A stretch of 64,000 nt of DNA from an uncultured Chloroflexia bacterium (GTDB lineage Bacteria; Chloroflexota; Limnocylindria; Limnocylindrales; CSP1-4), in NCBI GenBank assembly GCA_963731865.1, contig CAVSXG010000001.1, positions 56,032-120,031 of the forward strand. The letters are read 5' to 3'. Of this stretch, positions 52,574 to 60,993 are shown one piece after another. The notes under the pieces are model-generated. The model was not told the DNA's origin. It saw nothing but the letters and a program-made list of their open reading frames with translations, and made no database searches. The position numbers were made by a program, and so were the translations under genes. The stretch's first letter is position 1. Every line of letters begins with the position of its first letter.

Positions 52574-53560
52574 ATGCCCGGCAGCAAGCGTATCCTCCGC
52601 ACAAACACCAGCAGCCGGGCGATCTCCACGAACCTAGCAGGCGACGTTCCCAATCTCGACATCGCGGGCGTGGCCGCGGCCTACGAACGGCGCGTGCTCG
52701 AGGCCTGCCCGGAGCACCTCCTGCTGGCCCGTTCACTGCTCGAGCGGCTGCCGCCGGCCCGCTGGACCCTCGAGTGGTACCTGCCCTGGTGGCTCGGTCA
52801 TGCGTTTGGCCTCGAGGCCGCCGTTTCGCGCGAGATGGTACTGAGCAATGTCCTCGGGTTGGGCTCGATCCGCCTCCAGGATGACCTCGCGGACGGCGAA
52901 GTAGCGCCCGCCGACATCGACGGGGCAGGCATCCTCGCGGCGGTCTTGTACGACGCCGCTCTCGAGCCGTACCGGGAGTGGTTCACGCCCGCATCGGCGT
53001 TCTGGAGCGAGCTTGACCGGCGGATGACCGAATGGCGCCGGAGTGCCGCGGAGGATCTCGCAGCTCGAGGCGCTCCGCTGCATGTCTCGGCCGCGGCCGC
53101 CAGCATGCTGGGCGGGCACAGCAGCGTGGATCCATCGCTCGTGGCCTGTCTCGATCGCGCCCTCGAAGCGCTCGTCCGGTATGACCACGTGTCGGACTGG
53201 GAGGCCGACCTCGACGCGGGCCGCTGGAATGTCTTCGTCGCCGCCGTAACGAGCGGCGCACAGACGCGCGCGGCGAGCGGCCCACGGACGCGCGCGGCGC
53301 GCGAGCGTGATCGCATCGCCGTTCGTGTGGCACTCATGACCACCACCGTGGCGGATGAACAGTTCTCGATGATTGGGGATGCGCTCCTTGAGGCGGCGGT
53401 CCTGGCCGCCAATGTCGAACCGGCGATCCCCGCGCTCACGAGGTACCTGCACTCCTTTTCGGCGGAGGTAGAAACCTGGGGATCGGAGTTCGCCATGCAC
53501 TATCGTTCGCTCGGTGATCGCGCAGCAAGATTGCTGCTCCACGAGACGGCCGATGCGTGA
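52574..53560 (+). CDS. Class I isoprenoid-synthase-fold protein (ComQ-like prenyltransferase candidate)
   Basis: All-helical; first Asp-rich motif LQDDLAD, second YDHVSDWEADLDAGRWN. Confidence 0.62.
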   Translation: MPGSKRILRTNTSSRAISTNLAGDVPNLDIAGVAAAYERRVLEACPEHLLLARSLLERLPPARWTLEWYLPWWLGHAFGLEAAVSREMVLSNVLGLGSIRLQDDLADGEVAPADIDGAGILAAVLYDAALEPYREWFTPASAFWSELDRRMTEWRRSAAEDLAARGAPLHVSAAAASMLGGHSSVDPSLVACLDRALEALVRYDHVSDWEADLDAGRWNVFVAAVTSGAQTRAASGPRTRAARERDRIAVRVALMTTTVADEQFSMIGDALLEAAVLAANVEPAIPALTRYLHSFSAEVETWGSEFAMHYRSLGDRAARLLLHETADA

Positions 53561-53608
53561 TGATTGGGTCGCCGCAGGGACGGCACGTAGTCAGGGAGGA
53601 ACCAGCCC

Positions 53609-53890
53609 ATGACGTTCCAGAACGCCCCGGACGAACCCGAGGAGCACCGGCCATACGGCTACATGGAGCGCCAGCTGATTTTCAAGCTGCTCGCGGCCCA
53701 CGCGATGGTGGACGGTGAATTCTTCGACCAGCTCCGCGAGAACCCCAGGGAGGCCGCCAGTCAGCTGCGCATCGACCTCACGGACGATGACGTCAAATAC
53801 ATCAAGGGCGTCGACTGGGAGACGCTCAACAAGAACGCGGATGCGATCCGCAACGGCTTGAACCTCGAGCAGGTCACGAACTCCTGGTAG
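53609..53890 (+). CDS. NHLP/Os1348-like leader peptide; putative RiPP precursor ending in Trp
   Basis: GGGAGG RBS; AHAMVDGEFFDQLRENPREAASQLRIDLTDDD fits the A..D..F...L..nP..a......Lt..E leader pattern; C-terminus EQVTNSW. Confidence 0.65.
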   Translation: MTFQNAPDEPEEHRPYGYMERQLIFKLLAAHAMVDGEFFDQLRENPREAASQLRIDLTDDDVKYIKGVDWETLNKNADAIRNGLNLEQVTNSW

Positions 53891-53985
53891 CCGCCATCGC
53901 GGCTCCATAGCGCCTCCACAACCCGAATCGAGACTCTGAGACAGCGATCCGACATTGGATCCACGTTCTCGAAGGAGTTTCGATC

Positions 53986-54432
53986 ATGAACCGCACCATC
54001 GCCGCCATCCTGCTCGTCGCCGTCCTGGCGATCGGCGGCGGCCTCATCGCCGTCACCGCCTACCAGGCCGGTCTCGGCACCGCCGTCACGACGGCCGTTG
54101 CCGAAGGCGGCAACGTCGTCGCCACCGTCCCTGCCTACGGCTACGGGTATGGCTACGGCTGGCACCCCGGTGGCTTCGGCTACGGGTTCTTTGGCTTCCT
54201 CGGCACCCTGCTCTTCCTCTTCCTGGTCATCGGTCTCCTGCGCGCGGTCTTCTTCCGCGGCGGACACGGACGCGGTTGGGGGCCGGGCGGTGGGCCGGGC
54301 GCCTGGGGTCCCGGCCGCGGCTGGTGGGAGACGCGCGGTCGCGAGGGCTTTGACGAGTGGCATCGTCGCGCCCACGAGGGGGGTTCATCCGGCGAGCCGT
54401 CTGCGCCGAATACAACATCGAAGCCGGCTTGA
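53986..54432 (+). CDS. Gly-rich membrane protein
   Basis: AAGGAG RBS; two TM segments; YGYG/GPGG repeats; FDEWHRRAH. Confidence 0.75.
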   Translation: MNRTIAAILLVAVLAIGGGLIAVTAYQAGLGTAVTTAVAEGGNVVATVPAYGYGYGYGWHPGGFGYGFFGFLGTLLFLFLVIGLLRAVFFRGGHGRGWGPGGGPGAWGPGRGWWETRGREGFDEWHRRAHEGGSSGEPSAPNTTSKPA

Positions 54433-54526
54433 CGGGGGGCCCTCCGCCGCTTCGTGCGCCCCTGGACCAGTGGTCCGGGGGCGCATCCGTTCTCCGCGGC
54501 ATGCGGCCGGCACTACGATGCCTCCG

Positions 54527-55222
54527 ATGAAGACGATCCTCGTCGTCGACGACGAGCCAAAGATCACGCAACTCGCCCGCGACTACCTCGAGCACGCCGG
54601 GTTCGAGGTCCTCGTCGCCGCGGACGGGCCGTCCGCGCTGAGCGCGGTCCGCCAACGGCATCCAGATCTCGTGGTGCTCGATCTTGGGTTGCCCGGTCTC
54701 GACGGTCTCGACGTCACCCGCGAGCTCCGACGCGCCTCCACGATCCCGATCGTGATGCTGACGGCACGGGACGACGAGCTGGACAAGCTGCTCGGGCTCG
54801 AGCTCGGTGCCGACGACTACCTGACCAAGCCGTTCAGCCCACGCGAGCTCGTGGCGCGCGTCCGGGCCGTGCTGCGACGGACCGAGTCCGCGACGGCGCC
54901 GTCCGACCTGATCCGGGCCGGCGACGTGGTCCTTGACGTCCCCCGGATGCGGGCCGAGGTGGCCGGCAGGGCCGTAGAGCTGACCGCGACCGAGTTCGGA
55001 CTCCTTCGCACCCTGGCCGCGAGCCCGGGGCGGATCTTCACGCGTTCGCAGCTCCTCGACGAGATCCGGGGCGTGGCATTCGAGTCGTACGAGCGGGCGA
55101 TCGATTCGCACATCAAGAACCTGCGCCGCAAGCTCGAGCCGGATCCGCGCGAACCGCGGTACGTGCTGACGGTCTACGGCGTCGGGTATCGGTTCGCCGA
55201 CGACCGGTCGGTCGCGTCGTGA
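54527..55222 (+). CDS. OmpR/BaeR family response regulator
   Basis: ILVVDDE, LVVLDLGLPGLDG, GADDYLTKPF, VLTVYGVGYRF; TACGAT-N7-ATG. Confidence 0.95.
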   Translation: MKTILVVDDEPKITQLARDYLEHAGFEVLVAADGPSALSAVRQRHPDLVVLDLGLPGLDGLDVTRELRRASTIPIVMLTARDDELDKLLGLELGADDYLTKPFSPRELVARVRAVLRRTESATAPSDLIRAGDVVLDVPRMRAEVAGRAVELTATEFGLLRTLAASPGRIFTRSQLLDEIRGVAFESYERAIDSHIKNLRRKLEPDPREPRYVLTVYGVGYRFADDRSVAS

Positions 55223-56433
55223 GCGAAACCGGCGGCGGGCGACGAACCGAGCCACCCAGGCGACCCGAGCGACCATCCGGCGACGACCCGGGAGAAGATC
55301 GCTGGTCCGGCGGCGGTCCCCCATGGCGATGGCGCAGCGACCACGGCGGCTACGGGCCGTGGGCGAGCCGCGATCCCGAGGTGCGCCGGATGATGCGGCG
55401 TCGCGCCCAGATGATGCGCGGTCGCCGGGGCGGGCCATGGCGGTTCCGGCAGGGTTTTGGCTGCATCTTCGGGATCCTGTTCCTCGTCGTCGTCGCGTCG
55501 ATCGTCACGGCGGTCGGATCCGTCCTGTCCAACCTGGAGCCGATCCCCGTCGTGATCACCGCGCTCGTGGCAATCGGAATCATCGCGGCGCTCGCGAGGG
55601 GCACCGCTGGGGCGGCCCGCGACCTCGACACGATGCTGGCAGCGACCCGGCGCGTCGAGGACGGCGACTACGGCGTGCGGATTGGCCGCACGCGCTCGGA
55701 TCTGCCCCCGATCCAGGAGCTCGCCAGCGGGTTGGACACGATGGCCGCGCGCCTGGAAGCGAACGAGGAACAGCGACGAACGTTGCTCGCCGACGTCAGC
55801 CACGAGCTGCGGACGCCCCTCGCGGTCATCACCGGCAACCTCGAGGCGGTGCTGGATGGCGTTTACCCACCCGATCCGGCGCACCTGACACCGATCCTGG
55901 ACGAGACGCGGGTCATGGCGCGGCTGATCGACGACCTGCGCACCATCTCGCTGTCCGAGGCAGGGATGCTGGCGCTCCACCCCGAGCCCACCGATCCCGA
56001 CGTGCTGATCGGTGAGGTGCTCCAGGCGTTCGCCCCGACCGCGTCGGCGGCCGGGGTCACCCTGACGACCGAAACGAGCGGCGATCTTCCGATCCTCGAG
56101 ATCGATCCCGTGCGGATCCGCGAGGTGCTTTCGAACCTGGTCGCCAACGCGCTTCGCCACACCCCGGCCGGTGGCGCCGTCACGGTCGGCGGTTCGGCGA
56201 CTGCGGGCGCTGTAGTGCTGGTGGTGCGGGATACGGGACCGGGGATCGATCCGGCGCTGCTCCCGCACGTGTTCGATCGTTTCGTGAAGGGCGCCGGATC
56301 GCGAGGGTCCGGGCTGGGGCTGCCGATTGCGCGTGGCCTCGTCGAGGCGCACGGCGGGTCGATCACGGTCGAGTCCGCCGCTGGTGGCGGATCCACGTTC
56401 CGGGTCGAGCTCCCGCGCGTCTCCGAGGGCTGA
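55219..56433 (+). CDS. HAMP sensor histidine kinase (BaeS-like)
   Basis: SHELRTPL, NLVANALRH, DTGPGI, GSGLGL; two adjacent TM helices without a large extracellular loop. Confidence 0.95.
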   Translation: MSETGGGRRTEPPRRPERPSGDDPGEDRWSGGGPPWRWRSDHGGYGPWASRDPEVRRMMRRRAQMMRGRRGGPWRFRQGFGCIFGILFLVVVASIVTAVGSVLSNLEPIPVVITALVAIGIIAALARGTAGAARDLDTMLAATRRVEDGDYGVRIGRTRSDLPPIQELASGLDTMAARLEANEEQRRTLLADVSHELRTPLAVITGNLEAVLDGVYPPDPAHLTPILDETRVMARLIDDLRTISLSEAGMLALHPEPTDPDVLIGEVLQAFAPTASAAGVTLTTETSGDLPILEIDPVRIREVLSNLVANALRHTPAGGAVTVGGSATAGAVVLVVRDTGPGIDPALLPHVFDRFVKGAGSRGSGLGLPIARGLVEAHGGSITVESAAGGGSTFRVELPRVSEG

Positions 56434-56491
56434 GCTCGCCCGGCCGTCCGGCGCGCCGCGGCCGTCGCAGGAGCTCCTCGCGCAACGAGAC

Positions 56492-56629
56492 ATCCTCCGA
56501 CCATCTCCCTTGGGCAATTCCCGCGAGAATTCGCCTCCCCGATCTCCCTTGGGCGATCCTCCGATCTCGGCGATTCCGCAATTCGCCTCCCCGATCTCCC
56601 TTGGGCGATATCGATCACCCAAGGGCGAT
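56492..56629. repeat. Intergenic direct and inverted repeat cluster
   Basis: 30-bp perfect direct repeat AATTCGCCTCCCCGATCTCCCTTGGGCGAT at 56528 and 56580; third core ATCTCCCTTGGGC at 56503; inverted CCCAAGGG near 56618. Confidence 0.8.
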
Positions 56630-56760
56630 GGTCAGGAAGTGACGACTCGTCCGGGGCGGCGGCGCACCACGGCCGGGAACCAGACCCGCCACTTCGGAGT
56701 CTGACCGGGACACGGACCGACAGCCACCTACCGCTTCGGCCGACCACAGGAGGATCGACG

Positions 56761-57840
56761 ATGACCCGTTCGATCAGCCGATCCGGGCACCGATCTCGCG
56801 CCCTCACCCGAGCCCTTGGCGCCGCGCTCTTCCTCGTCGCGCTGACCGCCGGGCCAGCCCTCGCCTGCGGCGGTCTGATCGGGCCGAACGGCGCGGTCAA
56901 CCTGCTCCGCACGACCACGCTTGCCGGCTACCACGACGGCGAGGAGCACTACATCACGGCCTTCCAGTTCGCGGGCGGTGGTGGGTCGTTCGGTTCGCTG
57001 ACGCCACTCCCCGGCGTGCCGTCGTCGGTCGAGAAGGGTGGCGACTGGACGCTCCAGCGGCTCATCCTCGAGACCGAGCCCCAGCGCGAGGCCCTCTTTG
57101 CGCTCGATGCAGCGGCCGCGGCGCCCGCTTCGGCCGAGGAGCTGATGAAGGTCCGTATCGATGCGCTCGACATCACGGTCCTGCGCGGTGGTTCGGACCA
57201 GGTTGGCAAGTGGGCCAGCGATCACGGCTTCCGGCTCCCGCCGGACGCGCCCGAAGTGCTCGATTTCTATGCCGCGCGCTCGCCGATCTTCCTCGCCGCC
57301 GTGTTCGATGCCGATGCCGCCGCCGAGCGTGGCCAGGCCGTCGGCGACGGCACGCCGGTCCACATCACGATCCCGACCGACAACCCATGGGTCCCGTTGC
57401 GGATCCTGGCGCTCGGCAAGGGCGAGGCGGAACGCGTCGAGGCGGACGTCTATCTCCTCACCGACAAGACACCGACCCTCCTGCCCGCCCCCGACGGTTC
57501 AAACGGTCTGACGCTCGGCCACAGCGCGGCCGCGACGGATCTGCTGCTGAGTGACCTGCGCAGCGACAAGGGCATGGAGTGGGTCCCGACAAGCGCGTGG
57601 CTGTCCAAGGTCCGGATCGACGCCGCGGCACCGCAGCTCGCCTTCGATCTCGCGATCGATGCGTCGGGCGCGGGACAACCGTCTCGAGTCGCGGCCGGAC
57701 TGGACCTGCCCGGCACGGTTGCCGCACCCGATCGTTCGGCCGACATGATTCGAGTGATCGTCGCCCTGGCCTTCACGATCACCGGCATCGGCGGGATCCT
57801 GTTCCTGCTCCTCTACCGTCCGCCGATGCGGGCGGCCTGA
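56761..57840 (+). CDS. DUF2330 family secreted protein with a C-terminal membrane anchor
   Basis: Signal peptide ending ALACG; SLTPLPGVP; LDITVL; PLRIL; C-terminal TM. Confidence 0.75.
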   Translation: MTRSISRSGHRSRALTRALGAALFLVALTAGPALACGGLIGPNGAVNLLRTTTLAGYHDGEEHYITAFQFAGGGGSFGSLTPLPGVPSSVEKGGDWTLQRLILETEPQREALFALDAAAAAPASAEELMKVRIDALDITVLRGGSDQVGKWASDHGFRLPPDAPEVLDFYAARSPIFLAAVFDADAAAERGQAVGDGTPVHITIPTDNPWVPLRILALGKGEAERVEADVYLLTDKTPTLLPAPDGSNGLTLGHSAAATDLLLSDLRSDKGMEWVPTSAWLSKVRIDAAAPQLAFDLAIDASGAGQPSRVAAGLDLPGTVAAPDRSADMIRVIVALAFTITGIGGILFLLLYRPPMRAA

Positions 57841-57854
57841 GCGGCGCGAAGACG

Positions 57855-58292
57855 ATGACCACCCATCGCCGGCCGGGACGGTTCGCCCTGGCCGGCGGTC
57901 TCGCCCTTGCGTTTGGCGTGGCCGGGATGGCCGCCGCCCTGGCCGACGTGCCTGGTGCCGGTCCGGTCACCATCGAGATCCCGATCCGCTATTCCCATTT
58001 CGAGCGCGATGCGGTCAACGTGCGGGCCGGATCCGAGGTCACCTTCGTCCTGCACAACGGCGATCCGATCGACCACGAGTGGATCGTCGGCGACACCGCG
58101 GTCCATGCGCGCCACCGTGCCGGCACGGAACCGGTCCACGCGTCGCGTCCGACGGAAGTGACCATTCGCGCCGGAACCACGGTGAGGACGACGGTCACAT
58201 TCACAAAGCCAGGCACGTACCTGTACATCTGCCACCTGCCCGGCCACGAGGCCTACGGCATGGTCGGCACCGTCCGGGTGACCGGCGACTGA
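57855..58292 (+). CDS. Cupredoxin (plastocyanin/azurin-like) copper-binding protein
   Basis: Signal peptide, IDHEW, type-1 Cu motif CHLPGHEAYGM. Confidence 0.88.
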   Translation: MTTHRRPGRFALAGGLALAFGVAGMAAALADVPGAGPVTIEIPIRYSHFERDAVNVRAGSEVTFVLHNGDPIDHEWIVGDTAVHARHRAGTEPVHASRPTEVTIRAGTTVRTTVTFTKPGTYLYICHLPGHEAYGMVGTVRVTGD

Positions 58293-58308
58293 CCGGCCGG
58301 CACGGCGG

Positions 58309-59205
58309 CTATGGCCGGACGACGGGCTCCTCGTGCAGGACCGGCGGCAGGTCGAGCGTCTCCACCCACGTCGCGATCTCCTCACCGGTCGCCAGCCACA
58401 GGCCGTCGATCGCGGCCGCTCGCTCGATCAGGGCCTCCAGGGCGGCGGCGCGCGCGGGCCGACCCGAGATGAACGGATGCATCGTGAGCGCAAACAGACC
58501 GCCGACCTCGACGATCGCGTCGAGCTCCTCGCCCCACGCCGCGCAGACCTCTGACGGCCGCCCGATCGGCGAGTTGCTGGTGAACCCGGGCACGTAGTTG
58601 TATCTGTTCCAGTCATCGAGTGACCAGTGCATCGGCAACTCGACCAGGGTCGGTGCCCCTGGCCCAGCGGACGCGGCCAGGCGGTACGGATGGTCCGAGT
58701 CCATCAGGCTCGAGTCGTACCGGAGGCCTTCGCTCGCCAGGAGCCCCGGCGTCCGGTAGTTCATGTCACACGAGGGCGCCCGGTACCCGACGGGCCGGAT
58801 CCCCAGGACCTCGTCGAGGGCCGCAAACCCGCGCCGCAGATAGCCGATCTCGGTCTCCTCATCGACCCCGCGCACCGATTCGTGCACGTACCCGTGGTGC
58901 CCGATCTCGTGACCGGCGTCGCGAATGCTGCGGGCCACGTCCGGCCAGGTCTCGGCCACCCAGCCCGGCACGAAGAACGTCGTCCGGAGCTTGAGCCGGT
59001 CGAGCATCCGCAGCAGGCGTGGGACCGCGACTCGCGGGCCATAGCGCTGGTGCGCGATGACGTCGAGGTATCGGCCGGCCTCGGGGTGATCCCCGATCAT
59101 CACGGCCTCCGCATCGACGTCAAAGCTGAACAGCGCCGCGGCACGAACGCCATCTGGCCATCGAAACCCGGCGGGAAGTGGGTCGCGGATCGGGTCGTGT
59201 GGCAT
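58309..59205 (-). CDS. Polysaccharide deacetylase (PuuE/HpPgdA-like)
   Basis: SFDVD, YGPRVAVPRLL, TTFFVPG, HEIGHHG, GYRAP, MHPF. Confidence 0.9.
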   Translation of the reverse strand: MPHDPIRDPLPAGFRWPDGVRAAALFSFDVDAEAVMIGDHPEAGRYLDVIAHQRYGPRVAVPRLLRMLDRLKLRTTFFVPGWVAETWPDVARSIRDAGHEIGHHGYVHESVRGVDEETEIGYLRRGFAALDEVLGIRPVGYRAPSCDMNYRTPGLLASEGLRYDSSLMDSDHPYRLAASAGPGAPTLVELPMHWSLDDWNRYNYVPGFTSNSPIGRPSEVCAAWGEELDAIVEVGGLFALTMHPFISGRPARAAALEALIERAAAIDGLWLATGEEIATWVETLDLPPVLHEEPVVRP

Positions 59206-59241
59206 GCGCGAAGGGTAATCCCGGCCGCTATGCTCGATTCG
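59206..59241. promoter_or_regulatory. Back-to-back leaderless promoters
   Basis: TATGCT-N7-ATG on the plus strand and TACCCT-N6-ATG on the minus strand, within 36 bp. Confidence 0.6.
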
Positions 59242-60993
59242 ATGCGCCCGTTGCCGGCTCCGTTCGATGCCATCTCGGCCGGTCGCCCCGCGACGATCGC
59301 GCTTGCCGGACCGGCGTTGCTCGGTAGCCGGCTGCTGACGAAGGACCTTGCCTTCCCGACGTCGGAACGCGAGGTCTTCCGGCTCCGTGGCCTGCTCCCC
59401 GACCGGGTCCTCACGATCGAGGAGCAGGAGGAGCTCGAGCTCGAGCACCTTCGCCGCAAGACCGATGCCCTCGAGGCCTACATCGGGCTGGCGGCGCTCC
59501 AGGACCGCAACGCGACGCTGTTCTACCGCCTGCTGGCAGACCACCTGGCCGAATTCCTGCCGATCGTCTACACGCCCACGGTCGGTCGGGCGTGCATGGA
59601 GTTCAGCCACATCATCCGGCGGACCCGCGGGGTCTGGATCACGCCTGGGGACGTCGACCGCATCCCCCAGCTGCTACGCCAGGGACCGTACGAGGACGTC
59701 CGCCTGATCGTCGTCACCGACAACGAGCGGATCCTGGGCCTGGGTGACCAGGGCGCCGGCGGCATGGGCATCCCGATCGGCAAGCTCGCGCTCTACACGG
59801 CCGCATGCGGCATCCACCCGGCCCTGACCCTTCCGGTCTCGCTCGACGTGGGCACGGACAACCCGTCGCTGCTCGCGGATCCGCTCTATCTGGGCTACCG
59901 GGCACCGCGGCTACGCGGCCCGGCCTACGACGAGCTCGTCGAAGCCTTCGTGACCGGCGTTGCGGAGGTGTGGCCCGGTTGCGTGATCCAGTGGGAAGAC
60001 TTCAAGCAGGCCAACGCGCTGCGGATCCTCGATCGCTACCAGGATCGCGTGCCGTCCTTCAACGACGACGTCCAGGGCACCTCCGCGGTCGTCGTTGCGG
60101 GGATCCTGACCGCCTTGCGGGCGCTCGGGACGTCGCTCAACGAGACCCGGGTCGTCCTAGTCGGCGCGGGCGCGGCCGGGATCGGGATCGCGCGGCTGAT
60201 CCGCCTGGCGATGGTCGAAGCTGGCCTAGACGAGGCCGCCGCGGCACGCGCCATCGTCCTTGTCGACTCGCAGGGTCTCGTGCATGAGCGTCGCGAAGAC
60301 CTCGACGACCCGAAACGTGAGCTGGCGTTGTCGATCGATGCCGAGCGAGGTTACGGGTTTGCCACGGGGGCCGGGCCAAACCCCGGGCTTGTCGAGACGA
60401 TCGAACGGGTCCGGCCACTGGTCCTCGTTGGCACGACCGCGGTCGCCGGCACGTTCAACGGGGACGTCATCGGGGCGATGGCGGCGGTGAACGAGCGCCC
60501 GGTGATCCTGCCGCTCTCCAACCCGACGTCGGTATGCGAGGCGACACCCATCGACATCCTGCGCTGGTCCGGGGGCCGCGCCATCGTGGCAACCGGGTCG
60601 CCGTTCGATGCGGTCGAGGTGGACGGCCGTCGCCGCGAGATCGGCCAGGCCAACAACGTGTTCGTCTTCCCGGGGCTCGGGCTCGGGGCGATCGCCGCCG
60701 AGGCGCGCTCGATCACGCCGCGCATGTTCCTGCTCGCTGCCCAGACCCTCGCCCAGGCGGTCACCGACGAGCGGCTGGCGAGCGGCGCCCTCTATCCGCC
60801 CGTCGCGGATCTCCGGCCCGTGTCCCGTGCGATCGCCATCCGGGTTGCGACGGAGGCAGTCGACGCCGGGCTCGCGGGGATCGACCCGGCCACGGACATC
60901 GACGCCCTGGTCGACGGCGCGATGTGGTGGCCGGAGTACGTTCCCTACGTGCCGGCCCACCTATCCGAGCGCCGCCGCGAAACCAGGGCATGA
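59242..60993 (+). CDS. maeA: NAD-dependent malic enzyme
   Basis: PIVYTPTVG, VTDNERILGLGDQG, IQWEDF, FNDDVQGT, GAGAAG, PLSNPT, GQANN. Confidence 0.95.
   Translation: MRPLPAPFDAISAGRPATIALAGPALLGSRLLTKDLAFPTSEREVFRLRGLLPDRVLTIEEQEELELEHLRRKTDALEAYIGLAALQDRNATLFYRLLADHLAEFLPIVYTPTVGRACMEFSHIIRRTRGVWITPGDVDRIPQLLRQGPYEDVRLIVVTDNERILGLGDQGAGGMGIPIGKLALYTAACGIHPALTLPVSLDVGTDNPSLLADPLYLGYRAPRLRGPAYDELVEAFVTGVAEVWPGCVIQWEDFKQANALRILDRYQDRVPSFNDDVQGTSAVVVAGILTALRALGTSLNETRVVLVGAGAAGIGIARLIRLAMVEAGLDEAAAARAIVLVDSQGLVHERREDLDDPKRELALSIDAERGYGFATGAGPNPGLVETIERVRPLVLVGTTAVAGTFNGDVIGAMAAVNERPVILPLSNPTSVCEATPIDILRWSGGRAIVATGSPFDAVEVDGRRREIGQANNVFVFPGLGLGAIAAEARSITPRMFLLAAQTLAQAVTDERLASGALYPPVADLRPVSRAIAIRVATEAVDAGLAGIDPATDIDALVDGAMWWPEYVPYVPAHLSERRRETRA

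Noticed and set aside
56492-56629. Mini-CRISPR array
   Set aside because: Only two full repeats, a 22-bp spacer built from repeat sub-words, and no cas genes.
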